From Lama glama (taxonomy: Eukaryota), in assembly GCA_028534125.1 (NCBI GenBank), contig CM052818.1, positions 14,944,001 to 15,008,000 of the forward strand: 64,000 nucleotides of DNA, written 5' to 3'. The notes beneath the pieces were generated by a model that was given only the letters and a program-made list of their open reading frames with translations, was not told the DNA's origin and ran no database searches. This document shows positions 63,748-64,000 of this stretch, piece by piece; positions within the stretch are counted from its first letter, which is position 1; each line of letters begins with the position of its first letter. A program made the translations under genes and the position numbers.

Positions 63748-64000
63748 TATACCCTCTATTTTAAATTTCTTCACCTCCATTAAATATTTTAAAAGCAAAT
63801 CAGTATGTCACTTGTATTTCAAAAAAAAAAGTTTCTTTTCTCAGTGTAGGGTTTACACTCATACTTTTCTTAGATTCCTTAAACTTAACACCTGACTAAC
63901 ATCTCTTCTCTGAGGAATGACAGTCTGAGTTATGTGTGTGTGATGAGAGCACAGTGAGAGAGAATGGTTTGGAACTGAGGTCCAAACGCTATAGAGACTT

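Noticed and set aside
62501..63895. Cluster of ORFs up to 211 aa
   Set aside because: They lie in the GC-rich L1 5'UTR; an ORF0-like function cannot be supported from sequence alone
53000..64000. CHAC2 or ASB3 coding exons expected from synteny
   Set aside because: No matching coding sequence seen; they probably lie beyond the window end

Overview
This is mammalian genomic DNA, not a prokaryotic accessory region. It is most likely a camelid: it carries Vic-1-like tRNA-derived SINEs and I saw no Alu, Bov-A/BovB, PRE-1 or CAN SINEs. The window is the conserved PSME4-GPR75-ERLEC1-ASB3 locus. PSME4/PA200 (+): last three coding exons and a 3'UTR exon, 1-~4560. GPR75 (+): CpG-island exon 1 at ~8.0-8.15 kb and a single-exon 540-aa orphan GPCR CDS at 12472-14094. 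ERLEC1/XTP3-B (-): a complete 14-exon gene; the exon lengths I reconstructed sum to 1452 nt = 483 aa + stop, and one intron is GC-AG. A shared ERLEC1/ASB3 CpG-island promoter carries the probable non-coding ASB3 exon 1. The rest is introns and intergenic DNA filled with L1, L2, MIR, MaLR/ERV LTRs, hAT-type DNA transposons and a U6 retrocopy. I found no wholly new gene system. The best candidates for follow-up are: (i) three spliced uORFs, one per frame, in the GPR75 leader, all stopping within a 16-nt stop cluster, one of which resembles the N-terminus of the GPR75-ASB3 read-through protein; (ii) a TSD-flanked 2.7-kb L1 with both ends present but nearly all of ORF2 missing, a possible non-autonomous or spliced L1 family; (iii) several unusual retrotransposition scars (composite insert, 3' transduction, poly(A)-only insertion). 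Gene and repeat names come from recognition from memory, not database searches, and repeat boundaries are approximate.
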